Shown: piece by piece, positions 1 through 10,847 of the stretch
Layout of the letters: each line of letters starts with the position of its first letter
Position numbering within the stretch: position 1 is the first letter of the stretch
From: Vairimorpha necatrix
Lineage: Eukaryota
NCBI GenBank assembly: GCA_036630325.1
Contig: CP142730.1
Location: forward strand, 806,001 to 870,000
Direction: 5' to 3'
Length of the DNA: 64,000 bases
The notes under the pieces: generated by a model
Databases searched by the model: none
Told to the model about the DNA's origin: nothing
What the model saw: the letters and a program-made list of their open reading frames with translations, nothing else
Position numbers and translations under genes: made by a program

Positions 1-417
1 ATCAACAAAGACTTCACTATATTCCTAAAATCCTCTCTAAATTTCAAAGATGTTGTCATCACCAAATCATTTATAACTCACAAAGTAGATTCAAAAAACA
101 GATTCCAATCTTTTTCAATTTTAAATAAAAACGAGTCCGTGTTTTTATATGATATTTATAAAGACAAATTATCAAGAATATTAAGCCTAGATGATGCGAT
201 ATTCCTAGGACATTGGATTAAAAACATAGATGAGTCTGAATATTTTATAGAATTACAATATTATGATGAGAAAGGGAATATGAAAAAATTTTATACATCT
301 AAATTTTATTTTTTGAGAGATAAGTTGAATTTTGTGAATTTGAGTGTCGAGCAGAATGATGAAGAGATAATTAGTAAGTTTAAGGAATCTTGTACTTTTA
401 ATAATAGCGGAGAATAA
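1..417 (+). CDS. Hypothetical protein, 5'-truncated by the window edge
   Basis: The frame of ORF 139-417 is open back to base 1 (INKDFTIFLKSSLNF...). The stop TAA overlaps AATAAA. No family recognised. Confidence 0.7.
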   Translation: MNKDFTIFLKSSLNFKDVVITKSFITHKVDSKNRFQSFSILNKNESVFLYDIYKDKLSRILSLDDAIFLGHWIKNIDESEYFIELQYYDEKGNMKKFYTSKFYFLRDKLNFVNLSVEQNDEEIISKFKESCTFNNSGE

Positions 418-514
418 ACAAAATGATATTTAATAAAAAAAAACTTAAAATTTAATATTATGCTTTAAATAGAATAAAATATTGATATTATTATACTATT
501 AATAATATGCTTAT

Positions 515-683
515 AAATAGAACGTATTCTATAATGAATAGGCAGAATGAGTTGCTGCATAAGCGACATTCTCCACTAGACACATTGGCTCTACTTAATG
601 TAAGACTTAAATAATAACTTAATTCTCGAAATTATAGAGCTACTCTACATATGCGCCGACGGAGCATATTAGGGTCTATTTTT
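515..683. ncRNA. Candidate structured non-coding RNA, family unidentified
   Basis: Locally GC-richer island in an AT-rich intergenic region. Visible helices: ATAGAA/TTCTAT; GAATG-GTTGCT/AGCGAC-ATTC (545-571); TAGAC 577-581/GTCTA 674-678, enclosing GGCTCTA 587-593/TAGAGCT 635-641 and ATATGC 649-654/GCATAT 664-669. Ends in a T-run. Confidence 0.35.
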
Positions 684-1655
684 ATACTTCTATGTCTAAC
701 ATTCATTTTCTTGTATATTTATTTTATCATTCATAAATATCTTTCAAAATATCTTTCATAAATATCTTTCTTATCTTTTATTATTATATATCAAAATAGA
801 AGAATGTCTCTTATTGCCTCTTTGTGCCTTCTCTTTTAGTATTTTATAAAGATTTATTAAAAAATTAAAGAAGTACATGGTGATCATTTAATAATAACAA
901 TGGAAAGGCGACTTAATTATCTTTTCGATAAAAAAATTTGTACATTTTTTATATATCCATGTCTCACTATATTATTAGTATGATTTATTAAAAAAAACAT
1001 TTTTTTAATTATTAAAAATTTCTAAGATCAAATACCGGAGGAATGTTAGTAGAGCTTTTTTACCAGAATTAGAGCCACTAATATTAAACTTATATTATGA
1101 ATCTTACAAGAGCAAAAAGATAAATATTTTAACTAATAATTAATATCATATATCCTCCCGCCCATTATAATGGCTTAATTTATTTTTAAAGTACCCTTCA
1201 AATATATTAATTTTTTGTTTATTAAAATATTCAATTTTAATATATTTTAGTAATTGACACGAGTAAATTATATATCAGATCTTACTTTATTAGTACCAAA
1301 ATAGGAATTTATATGATGTCTAATAAAATATTAATTTATATGATGCTTAATGAGATATTAAATTACAAACAAATAAAAACTTTTTTATAAATTTTACATT
1401 TTTTGAAATTTAGTATTGTAGACAAATGACGTGGTATTTGTTTATAACTTGTAAACAAATTCTTAAAGTACCTCTTTTTTTACATAAAATTCATTACATA
1501 TTTCATGTTGTTTTAAAAATTTATTACATATTTCATATTGTTATCAATAAACATCCCATTTTTTTTTAATCAATATACATTTCATTTTAAAGTATAATTT
1601 CTAAATTCACTTTTTTCTTATCTAAATCTTATCTTTTTTTACACCCCCTTCTTTT

Positions 1656-2480
1656 ATGTTCTCTACATTACAGAAAGTATCAATCCTTGCCAAAGGTAGA
1701 TATTCAGAAATTTACAAATTTCTCGATACAACTTCTACAGATTTATTTGTAATCAAAAAGCACCCTAAAGTAATAGGCGGTTCTCTAAAAGAGTGCAATG
1801 TAAGAGAACTAGAAGTTTATAATAGAATTTATACTGATAAAATGTTTACACACAAGAATATTATAAAGTTTTATGGGTATGTTGAAGATGAAGATGATGG
1901 ATATTTTAAACTTGAATATGTAAATGGATATGATTTGAATAGAATAATTAATGAGTCTAAGACTAATAAAATTGAGAAATATATTAGTAAAGAGAAGATA
2001 ATAAATTATATCGTACAGGTTATTGACGGATTAGAGTTTTTACATAGTAAGGGTGTTTACCATTGTGATGTCAAACCAGAGAATATTTTAATTTATAAGG
2101 ATTCTGTGAAGATAGTGGATTTTGGGTCGAGTATTATTTCAGATAAGAAAGTTATAAATATTAAGGATGATGACTTTATAGGCACCCCTGGGTATCTCCC
2201 CCAGGAAGTGGCAGATTTCACTTATAAGGGAGATATAAATCTAGAATATGTAGATATATTTGGACTGGGATGTACTTTATATTTCTGCCTTACTAAGAAG
2301 ATACCCTTTGCCGGGGAATTGAGATGTATCATCAGTAATAATGTCAAGAATATGAATGTAGACTTGTTTCTGGTAGAAGATGAAGAAATGAGGAATATTG
2401 TAAGGAAGATATTCTTCAATAAAGAGAAGTCTAATCTGGGGGATATCAAGAGGGCCTTATTGTCAGTAAGAAATGTTTAA
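1656..2480 (+). CDS. Ser/Thr protein kinase
   Basis: Motifs VIKK, HCDVKPENIL, DFG, GTPGYLPQE, DIFGLG. CCCCC upstream of the ATG; AATAAA at the stop. Confidence 0.95.
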   Translation: MFSTLQKVSILAKGRYSEIYKFLDTTSTDLFVIKKHPKVIGGSLKECNVRELEVYNRIYTDKMFTHKNIIKFYGYVEDEDDGYFKLEYVNGYDLNRIINESKTNKIEKYISKEKIINYIVQVIDGLEFLHSKGVYHCDVKPENILIYKDSVKIVDFGSSIISDKKVINIKDDDFIGTPGYLPQEVADFTYKGDINLEYVDIFGLGCTLYFCLTKKIPFAGELRCIISNNVKNMNVDLFLVEDEEMRNIVRKIFFNKEKSNLGDIKRALLSVRNV

Positions 2481-2651
2481 TAAATAACATTTGTATCAAC
2501 ACACTATTTTTATAAAATTATATAAAAATTTAAAACAGTGTATCTAAGAATAGCATATTTAGATCGACTATATACTTAACATTATAATATTTAAAAAACA
2601 TATATTGCTAGTGCATAGACTTTCCATTACCATATGTAAAATTCAAATATC

Positions 2652-2717
2652 TTTACAATACTCGCTTATTATTTTTACAATACTCGCTTATTATTTTTAC
2701 AATACTCGCTTATTATT
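2652..2717. repeat. 22-bp tandem repeat x3 (TTTACAATACTCGCTTATTATT)
   Basis: Three exact copies directly after the stop codon of the minus-strand gene. Confidence 0.9.
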
Positions 2718-2719
2718 TT

Positions 2720-5182
2720 TTACTCCTCTAATTTCCATATACTGTTCCCTACAGTCAAACAGTACAAAATCGACTTATTAATTTCTAAAGAGTTCTCTGT
2801 AAAACAGACAATTTCTTCATCAACTTCATAAATCTCTATTATATTTGGTTTTAAATCCAAAGTCACAATCTTCCCCTCTGCAGATAAAATGATTTTATTA
2901 TTCCAAATATATCCCGAGTTATATTTCGTCTTAAAAAGACTACTTTTTACAGATTTATGTCTCTTTTTATAGTTTTCTTTATCTTCTTCGTAATTAGTCG
3001 TAAGATCAAGCCATTCTTCATTTACTAAGTCGTAAATAAAGAAGCCTTTAAAATAGTCAATGAATAAAATCATGTCTCCTTTGACACAGGCGTCTTTGAT
3101 AATTCCTTTTTCATATTTGATTATCTTTTTGTCTACTGTAAATTCATTATAGTAGACTTTTATCCTTTGATCACAATAGATGATTTTTCTATTTATACAC
3201 TCTTGAGAAAGAGTCTTAGTTTTAGTATTAAATCTTATTATATTGTCATTAGTCAACATTGAATATTCCTTATTTTTATATTCTAATAATCTCAGGGTAC
3301 TATTACTATGATGCTTTAAGATGTCATAATTCTTGGCGAAGTTGTCGTATTTTAAAAGGCCATTGGTGTCTACGCTGAATATCTTAGACCCTTTCTTATC
3401 CATACACAGTAACTTATTATTATTACTAATATATTTATAAGATAAATCACTAAATGTTACTCTGTATAATTTACCCTTGACCAAGATATAGTAAATATCC
3501 TGATATTTCTGGATGAACTTTATATTTTTGAGATCTAGAAAAGTCGCCTGACTTGTCGGATCAGATAATTTGACCGTAAAAGTCCCGAGAAGGAAAAGAT
3601 GATCAGAAGAAATCATATTTTTTACACTATCAAATTTCAAGGCACAAGTAAAAGCATTCATTTCTACGTCGTACACATTCAGGAAATCTTCAGTATCTAA
3701 AAAGTACAAATTTCCCCGGTGGATTGTAGACATTAAAAATGTGTCTTTTTTGTTTCTAGAAATTAAATCCAGACTGCTGTCATAAATCGAGAATTCATTA
3801 TTGTAAGTACTGACATAAATATTATTCTTATAATAAATGATACATGAAATATCAAATATCTCAAGACTGTGTCCTCCGCATTTGAGTTTGCCTTCTTCTG
3901 TGTAGTAAACAAATTTGTCCTGATCAAATGAACACAATAAAATATCCTCATTTAAATCTATCACATCCATTTTATCTTTAAGTTTGTGTATCTTAGACTT
4001 AGAATAAAAGTACAAAGTATCATCATATTCATAAAACCCTGTGACATTATAATTTAATGACTCGATATTCGCACTAAGTTCAGAACTTATAATATTACTT
4101 GATAAATCAAAATCTCTAAATTCTGTCAAATTTTCATACGTAGAAATGAAAATCCCTCGGAAGAAGTAAAAAGACTGCAAATTTGTGCAGTCTGTAATAT
4201 TCACAGTTTTACACATCTGGAAATTACTCAGCATGCTCATAAACTTATCATTGTAGAAATACAATCTTTTATCATTATAAATACTCCTGTTTAAATTGCT
4301 TATCGAATCAAGACTCTGAATAATTTCTATCTCGTCATTTTTAATATTAAAAATCTGACAATATCCACAAGTAGTGTGTCCTAAAATTAAATTGTCTACT
4401 AGTACGAGATTATTAAAAGTATTCAACTCGAATACTTTGACTATAATCATATTTTCATTCTCTACTGAAATCTTTATCAATTCATTATCTTTCATACTCA
4501 AAATAAGATTTCCTTCATAAATTACACTACTCGTAATTTTAGTATTCCCAAATTCTGTCTCTGCGACTTTCTTATTATTTATTTCATACCATACAAGTCC
4601 CTCATTTATCAAAATGTATCCTTGATTAAATGCATAAATAGCCATGCAAGATTTCTTTATCTTTTTTGTAAGACTAAATTTATTATTATATCTCAAAATA
4701 TAAGTCGTATCTTCTACATCTCTAGCCACAATATTCAAAATATTCCCACAGAAATCATAATGAAGTAAAGTGAAAAAATCCAAATCATTTGGCACATCAT
4801 CTTCTAAAAGTCTGTCTTTTGTAAAATGATACATTTTAAGTCCTTCATCAGAATAAAATATTACAAGATTTGACCATACATGATATTTCTCATAATATTT
4901 TATATTTACATTTTCCAAATTTATCTTCTTTAAATTATAGACCTTTTTATTAATTGAATATTCAAAATTACAAATTTGATATTTGTTTTTTCCAATTAAA
5001 ATTAAAATATTCTCAGAATATTTTACTAATTTGTAAGTGTAGAAATCTAAAGATAAAGAAGATAAGAATGATAATTTTGTATCATAAAATTCTAGATGTG
5101 TTGATTTGTTACATATGATTATTTTTCCTATGTTTGTCATGTCGGATATTTTAGTATTTTTTTGAATTCTGGAAATTGTCAT
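2720..5182 (-). CDS. Large beta-propeller protein, DDB1/Rse1(SF3B3)/CPSF160 family-like
   Basis: ~820 aa, beta-rich. The segment ITSSVIYEGNLILSMKDNEL...NNLVLVDNLILGHTTCGYCQIF...IIQSLDSISNL resembles the MMS1_N propeller pattern. Start moved to the ATG at 5182, which is preceded by CCCC. Confidence 0.6.
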   Translation of the reverse strand: MTISRIQKNTKISDMTNIGKIIICNKSTHLEFYDTKLSFLSSLSLDFYTYKLVKYSENILILIGKNKYQICNFEYSINKKVYNLKKINLENVNIKYYEKYHVWSNLVIFYSDEGLKMYHFTKDRLLEDDVPNDLDFFTLLHYDFCGNILNIVARDVEDTTYILRYNNKFSLTKKIKKSCMAIYAFNQGYILINEGLVWYEINNKKVAETEFGNTKITSSVIYEGNLILSMKDNELIKISVENENMIIVKVFELNTFNNLVLVDNLILGHTTCGYCQIFNIKNDEIEIIQSLDSISNLNRSIYNDKRLYFYNDKFMSMLSNFQMCKTVNITDCTNLQSFYFFRGIFISTYENLTEFRDFDLSSNIISSELSANIESLNYNVTGFYEYDDTLYFYSKSKIHKLKDKMDVIDLNEDILLCSFDQDKFVYYTEEGKLKCGGHSLEIFDISCIIYYKNNIYVSTYNNEFSIYDSSLDLISRNKKDTFLMSTIHRGNLYFLDTEDFLNVYDVEMNAFTCALKFDSVKNMISSDHLFLLGTFTVKLSDPTSQATFLDLKNIKFIQKYQDIYYILVKGKLYRVTFSDLSYKYISNNNKLLCMDKKGSKIFSVDTNGLLKYDNFAKNYDILKHHSNSTLRLLEYKNKEYSMLTNDNIIRFNTKTKTLSQECINRKIIYCDQRIKVYYNEFTVDKKIIKYEKGIIKDACVKGDMILFIDYFKGFFIYDLVNEEWLDLTTNYEEDKENYKKRHKSVKSSLFKTKYNSGYIWNNKIILSAEGKIVTLDLKPNIIEIYEVDEEIVCFTENSLEINKSILYCLTVGNSIWKLEE

Positions 5183-5293
5183 CTTGGGGTCAGAAAATAT
5201 TTTATGCAATTTTTCGTTTCTTTTATATTTTTTTGCATAAACAGTTTGTTTGTTTTTACCAACAAAGTCCTTTATTTCAAGAATACCCTTAGT

Positions 5294-5578
5294 ATGGGTA
5301 TTCTTGATTATTATACTAGTGAGAATGTTAAGATTTGTAAAAATATGACATTTGATGAGAATTTAGAAATAAATTCTAATTTTTCGTATTTTTCAGTATA
5401 TGATGCGTATTTTAATGATATTGAAGATAAGAAGTCTTATGATATTTGGACTGAGGTTGGTATTTTAGAAGATGTTGAGATTAAAGAAGTCCCTTTGAAT
5501 TTTGCTAATTTGTATAAGAAGATTGGGAATAAGCACATGTATAAAAGATTTATGAAGGAACACTATCGATCCATATAA
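5294..5578 (+). CDS. Small hypothetical protein (~94 aa)
   Basis: ATG at 5294 follows a CCC motif (ATACCCTTAGTATG). Divergent from the propeller gene. Coding-like composition from MGILDYY onward. Confidence 0.65.
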   Translation: MGILDYYTSENVKICKNMTFDENLEINSNFSYFSVYDAYFNDIEDKKSYDIWTEVGILEDVEIKEVPLNFANLYKKIGNKHMYKRFMKEHYRSI

Positions 5579-5733
5579 AAAAAAAAAAGAAAGTTTTAAA
5601 ATTAATATTTTATTTATAATATTTTTTAAGTTAAATATATATGAGATAAATATTTTTTTTAAATAAAAACTCTTTAAATTACAACTAGTATATTTTATAT
5701 CAGTATATTTTTAAATAGATGTATATTTTATAT

Positions 5734-6087
5734 TTATTTCCTTATAAATTTTAATATTCTTTCTTTACACTCTTCATTTATTTCTTTCTTTGTTATTAAC
5801 ATACACAAATATTTTATATAAAAATTAAATCTCAAGATTCTTTCTTTAATAATTTCTTCTTTTAATTTCCAGAATTTCTTCTTTGGGAATGTTGGCAGTT
5901 CTTTGATTTCTTTTTTGACTTGTTCGTGTAGATCTCTGAATTCAGAGTATCTTTTATAAATTACTTGATGATTCTTCATGTTCGGGATATTTGTGACTAT
6001 AATTATTTCATAGACAGTGTAACTATTTGATACACATTTCGACCCAGAAATGTACCCTTCTATGATTTCTTCTTTTAGTAGATGCAT
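5734..6087 (-). CDS. PX-domain-only protein (Snx3-like sorting nexin)
   Basis: PX signature YTVYEI...KRYSEFRDLH...LPTFPKK...ER. Confidence 0.88.
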   Translation of the reverse strand: MHLLKEEIIEGYISGSKCVSNSYTVYEIIIVTNIPNMKNHQVIYKRYSEFRDLHEQVKKEIKELPTFPKKKFWKLKEEIIKERILRFNFYIKYLCMLITKKEINEECKERILKFIRK

Positions 6088-6234
6088 GTTTATTATTGTA
6101 GTAAGTTTTTATGATACATATGAAACAGTAATCTAATGAAGATTGATTTAATTCAAAGTTGCTTAATTCAAAGTTGCTTAATTTGTTTGTTAAAATTGCT
6201 TAATTTGTTTGTTGAAAAATTAAGCATTTATAAA

Positions 6235-6325
6235 GGTGCATGATATTTATGCATAATATAACATGCATAAATCTAAGCCGCATAAATATAACATGCATAA
6301 ATTTAACATGCAGTGCATAAATTAA
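6235..6325. promoter_or_regulatory. Cluster of (AT)GCATAA motifs upstream of the PX gene
   Basis: Five GCATAA copies in ~80 bp; the same motif is clustered at 7680-7830. Confidence 0.35.
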
Positions 6326-6363
6326 ATTCTTTTATATATTATTTCATTATAAAACTCCAAGTT

Positions 6364-7083
6364 TTATCTCCTTATGACCCAGAAGAATATTCCCAGTATA
6401 ATCCAGAACATAAAGAATTTTATCATTGTTTTTCTTGTGCTTGTTATTCCTTCTATTCCTCTTTTTAAAATATAAATGCTATTATCTATAAATCTGTCAC
6501 TTTCCTCCATTAATTCGTCTATCTTTTTAAAGCTTTCTTCTTGTAATGAGACATGTATTCCTATTTCTTCCATTAAATTCCCTATTTCTGATATTTGTTT
6601 ATTTATTTCTTGATTTCTCAATCTGACATTATTTTCTTCTTGTAAATTTATTTGTTCATTAAGTAGTTCTTGTTTATTTATTTCTTCTTCTTTATTTTTA
6701 AATTCGCCTGGTTCATTTTTATATTCGTCTGGTTCATTTTTATGCTTTCTTAAATATTTGATTATTTCTAATTTGTGCTCATTTATTCTACTTTTTAATA
6801 TATTATAAATTGTATTATAAACTTCTTCTTCTTGATTATTTTGATATTCAATATTCTCTTCTTGAATCTTCTTTGATATTTCTGTACATTTTTCTTGTAT
6901 TTCTTTAATTTTATTTCTTATATTAAATTTCTCATATTTACTTTTTTTAATTTCTAATAAAGTGGTTTTTATGTTTCTTTCTTTTTTAAAAAGGTCTTTT
7001 AGATCATTTTTAAGATATTTGTGTGATTTCTGGGGGATATTTGTAGTTTGGACAATTTTATAGAATTCATTTGTTCTATTCAT
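6364..7083 (-). CDS. SED5: Qa-SNARE syntaxin, Sed5/syntaxin-5-like
   Basis: N-terminal MNRTNEF (Sed5 RDRTxEF-type), SNARE helix QISEIGNLMEEIGIHVSLQEESFKKID and a C-terminal TM. Start reassigned to 7083 (TACCCCCATG). Confidence 0.8.
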   Translation of the reverse strand: MNRTNEFYKIVQTTNIPQKSHKYLKNDLKDLFKKERNIKTTLLEIKKSKYEKFNIRNKIKEIQEKCTEISKKIQEENIEYQNNQEEEVYNTIYNILKSRINEHKLEIIKYLRKHKNEPDEYKNEPGEFKNKEEEINKQELLNEQINLQEENNVRLRNQEINKQISEIGNLMEEIGIHVSLQEESFKKIDELMEESDRFIDNSIYILKRGIEGITSTRKTMIKFFMFWIILGIFFWVIRR

Positions 7084-7234
7084 GGGGGTACTAAAAAAAC
7101 ATAACATCATATTATATTTTATAAGATATGTAAATAAGATCATATAATATTTACATATTACATATTTATAGTTTAAACATAACATATGTTATTTACATAT
7201 GTACTAATATGATCTTTTTGCCCTTCTTTTTAAA

Positions 7235-7651
7235 ATGGACTTCGCTGAGACTAAATCTTTTGTCATTTTATTTTCTTATGATTTATCTCTAGACACTACA
7301 AAGATAAATCTAATAGACAAAAGGTCTCTCTTCATTTCTCCATCTCAGACTATAAAACTCTACAGGGAAGTGACGCATATTCAAGCCATAAAAATAAACA
7401 GGAAATCTATAGAGATAATCTTAATTAAAGAAACACCATTTAAGTGGTACAGTCTCCAGGGACCAGAGAAGATAAAAGAAACAAGACAAAATAAAGAAGA
7501 AGAGGAGGAAGAAGAAGAGAATAATGACATTATACATGTACTGAGCAGAATATACGAGAATGGGGATGAGAACACGAGGAGAGCCATGGAGAAATCACTG
7601 ATAGAAAGCAAAGGGACGGAACTAAGCACAAACTGGGAAGACAAGAAATAA
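7235..7651 (+). CDS. SGT1: Minimal Sgt1-like co-chaperone (CS remnant plus SGS domain)
   Basis: SGS motif IYENGDENTRRAMEKSLIESKGTELSTNW; CS-like end IEIILIKETPFKWYSL. Confidence 0.88.
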   Translation: MDFAETKSFVILFSYDLSLDTTKINLIDKRSLFISPSQTIKLYREVTHIQAIKINRKSIEIILIKETPFKWYSLQGPEKIKETRQNKEEEEEEEENNDIIHVLSRIYENGDENTRRAMEKSLIESKGTELSTNWEDKK

Positions 7652-7679
7652 ACAAATGTAAAGGAACTTAATAATATTA

Positions 7680-7830
7680 TATATGCATAGAATTAATGCA
7701 TATATTTAATTTAAAGGCATGCATAAAATTTAATGCACATATGAAATTTAAAGGCATGCATAAATTCCATATGCATATTACAAAATATTAAATATTATAT
7801 AATATGCATAAATATTATATGATATGCATA
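7680..7830. promoter_or_regulatory. Cluster of ATGCATA motifs upstream of the B55 gene
   Basis: Seven ATGCATA copies in 150 bp. Confidence 0.35.
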
Positions 7831-8025
7831 TAGAATTATAAAATTACATTTGTATGGAGAGTGAAAATCCGTCACTTTATACAGAGTTTGTTTGTTTTAA
7901 TTTAAAAAACAAACAAATTAATAAATTAATATAAAAGATATTTCCTGCATAAAAATAAATTTTATAAATTTTAGAAAAAAATTTCTTAAAAATTATAAAA
8001 TTTCAGGGCAAGTAAAAATAAGAAA

Positions 8026-9108
8026 ATGTGGATAAACAAGAACAAATTTATAATAGACCAGTCAAAAAACAAATCAAAATCTGAGATTTCAAATTTATTA
8101 TATAAAAATAATTTATATGTAGGTACAGAAAGTGGATCTATAATTTGTTATTCTAATTATAAAATTTATGATTCTATTTATTTTAAGCATAAATTTGATT
8201 ATTTAGAAAGTTGTGATATAAATGCGAAAATTACAGCTTTTGATTTTATGGAAACAGGAGGAATTACAAATTTAAATATTGTTAGTAATGAAAGAGATGT
8301 AAAAATTTATGAAGTTAGAAATGATTTAAGTACATTAGATAATATTAATAATATAAAAACAGATAAATATAATCATAATCTTATAAGAGAATTTAATAAT
8401 ATTCATGGGTATATGTGTAATTCTATATCATTGAATAATGATAATCAATATTTCATTTCTTCAGATTATTTGACTGTAAATTTATGGAGACCTGATAAAT
8501 TAGAAGGGTGTTTTACTTTAATAGACATAAAACCCTTAAAACATACAGATTTAGTTTATGTAATTAATACTAGTAAATTTAGTGAACATTTAAACACTGT
8601 CTTTGGGTATTCTACTACAAATGGAGAAATAATCTTAAATGACTTAAGGGAATCTACAAAATCTACTAAGATTTTGACTTTATCTACAAATGATTTAGAA
8701 ATCAGAGATGGGGCATTTAAGCCCATCTCTGATTTCTCATTTATAAATGAAAATTTGATAATAAGTAGAAGTTTAAATAATGTCACTTTAACAGATATAA
8801 GAAATCCATCAAGTAATGTTTATAAAATAACAATTTCTGAGACAATAAATGAAAACCCGTCAATGTTAAATTCAGATGCAATTTATGAGAAATTTAAAAT
8901 TTCTGAAAATGGGAAATGTGCCTTCACAGGCACATTTGGAAATAAAGTTTATTGTATAGATTTGCTTACTGGGAAAAAAGAAGAAATAATTTTAGATGTA
9001 AAACACAGATCTGTTGAATTAAATAAAACTAGGCATGTGGCTGCTAATAAAAATGGATTTTTTGTGTCATATGGAAATAATATTTATGAATACGAGGAAA
9101 AGTTCTAA
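8026..9108 (+). CDS. CDC55: PP2A regulatory subunit B55 (WD40)
   Basis: FDYLES, HGYMCNSISLNNDNQYFISSDYLTVNLW (compare HxYHINSIS..D.ETF.SADDLRINLW) and LIDIKP. Confidence 0.88.
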   Translation: MWINKNKFIIDQSKNKSKSEISNLLYKNNLYVGTESGSIICYSNYKIYDSIYFKHKFDYLESCDINAKITAFDFMETGGITNLNIVSNERDVKIYEVRNDLSTLDNINNIKTDKYNHNLIREFNNIHGYMCNSISLNNDNQYFISSDYLTVNLWRPDKLEGCFTLIDIKPLKHTDLVYVINTSKFSEHLNTVFGYSTTNGEIILNDLRESTKSTKILTLSTNDLEIRDGAFKPISDFSFINENLIISRSLNNVTLTDIRNPSSNVYKITISETINENPSMLNSDAIYEKFKISENGKCAFTGTFGNKVYCIDLLTGKKEEIILDVKHRSVELNKTRHVAANKNGFFVSYGNNIYEYEEKF

Positions 9109-9429
9109 AAATGAATAGATCAAAAAATAAATATTTAAATGACAAAATAGTAAATTTTATTTGATAAATTTTACATGACAAAATTATTTTGATAAATTAT
9201 ATTGGATAAATTATATTACACTTATCTTATTATACATTACAACATTTTATATATTTTTTAAAAATACCTGTCAAATGTGACGACATAATATTTAGTTTAG
9301 AAAAACTTGGATAAATTCACTTTAAAAAGGTCAACTAATTAAATTTAATAGCTTGACATCTTTTTATTTACAAACAAACATTGAAACATTTGTTTCAATG
9401 TATTTAAAGGAATAAACCCCCCTCTTATA

Positions 9430-10794
9430 ATGGAAATCGGTCTTATTGGTTTGGGAAACATGGGAAGAAACCTGGCGAAAAATCTAGACGATAAAAATTA
9501 TAAACTTCATGTCTACAACAGAACTTATTCAAAAACTGAATCTTTAATAAAAAATCATCCAAAAATAATTCCTCATAAAAATATAAAAGACCTTATTTCT
9601 AATATAAAAACGAAAAAAATAATTTTTATTATGTTGACTGCAGGCAACATAATCGACCAAATCTTGGACGAATTATCAAATTTTTTAAACGAAGAAGACG
9701 TGGCGATTGATCTAGGAAATTCATATTTTAAAGATACAATACGACGAACTAAAAATTACAAATTTAATTTCGTCGGCGCAGGTATTTCAGGCGGGGAACT
9801 CGGTGCAAGACATGGTGGGTCTATTATGGTAGGATGTAAAGAACATGTTTGGAAATTATTGAAAAAAGTTTTTGATGATATTTCGACAGACTCGCAAATT
9901 TCTAATATGAAATGTTGTGAAAGATTCGGAGACGACGGCGCAGGCCATTTTGTCAAAATGGTTCATAACGGGATTGAGTATTGTGATATGGATATTATTG
10001 CTGAATGTTTTAATATATTAAAAAATATGAAAAAAGATAACAAATACATCTCTGATTTGTTTTTAAAATGGAATGATAATGATTTGAAAAGTTATTTATT
10101 AGAAATAGCAGGTAAAATTTTAATTAAAAAAGAAAATAATGAATTTTTAATTGATAAAGTAGAAGATTCTGCTCAGCAAAAAGGCACAGGGAAGGCGTGC
10201 ATCACAGAAGCAGTAGAATTGAATGTCCCTGCTATAACAGTGGTAGAATCAACCTTTTCTAGAGTGATCAGCTCAAGAAAAAGTGTCAGGGACGAATTGA
10301 GCACTAAATGGTTTTTTGAAAGTAAAGAGTCCTGTGATTTAAGCGAAGAAGATATTCATAATAGTATTTATCTCTGTAGAGCTATTTCTTATGTACAAGG
10401 ATTTAATTTACTAAATATCGCATCTGATAATTACAAATGGGACAAAGACCTCAGCAAAGTGTGCGATGTCTGGAGCAATGGCTGCATTTTACGAGGAACA
10501 TTTCTTAAAACTATGAAAGAAATTACAAGTGAGACTAAAGAAGATTTTGAGTTAAGTGAAACATTCGCTAAAATTTTTAATAAGAATATTTACAGTCTAA
10601 AGAATCTTGTAAAATATTCTACATTGAAAGGTATTCCTATACCGACAATATCTTCATGTTATAATTATGTATTGGGTATGAGAGAAAAAGAGAGTAATGG
10701 GAATATGATACAGTGTATGAGAGACTGCTTTGGAGGACATACAGTGATATTTAAAGGAGAGAAAGATCCAAAACATATTGAATGGCTTGAATAA
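9430..10794 (+). CDS. GND1: 6-phosphogluconate dehydrogenase, decarboxylating
   Basis: Motifs GLIGLGNMG, YNRT, GISGGELGARHG, GAGHFVKMVHNGIEY, QKGTG, QCMRDCFGGH. Confidence 0.98.
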   Translation: MEIGLIGLGNMGRNLAKNLDDKNYKLHVYNRTYSKTESLIKNHPKIIPHKNIKDLISNIKTKKIIFIMLTAGNIIDQILDELSNFLNEEDVAIDLGNSYFKDTIRRTKNYKFNFVGAGISGGELGARHGGSIMVGCKEHVWKLLKKVFDDISTDSQISNMKCCERFGDDGAGHFVKMVHNGIEYCDMDIIAECFNILKNMKKDNKYISDLFLKWNDNDLKSYLLEIAGKILIKKENNEFLIDKVEDSAQQKGTGKACITEAVELNVPAITVVESTFSRVISSRKSVRDELSTKWFFESKESCDLSEEDIHNSIYLCRAISYVQGFNLLNIASDNYKWDKDLSKVCDVWSNGCILRGTFLKTMKEITSETKEDFELSETFAKIFNKNIYSLKNLVKYSTLKGIPIPTISSCYNYVLGMREKESNGNMIQCMRDCFGGHTVIFKGEKDPKHIEWLE

Positions 10795-10847
10795 AAAGAA
10801 TTGAAATTTGAAAAAATATCTAAACAAGTTTACATTAATAATCTTTA

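Noticed and set aside
666-680. Telomerase template (CCCTAA on the minus strand)
   Set aside because: A single repeat without the ~1.5-repeat redundancy expected of a template.
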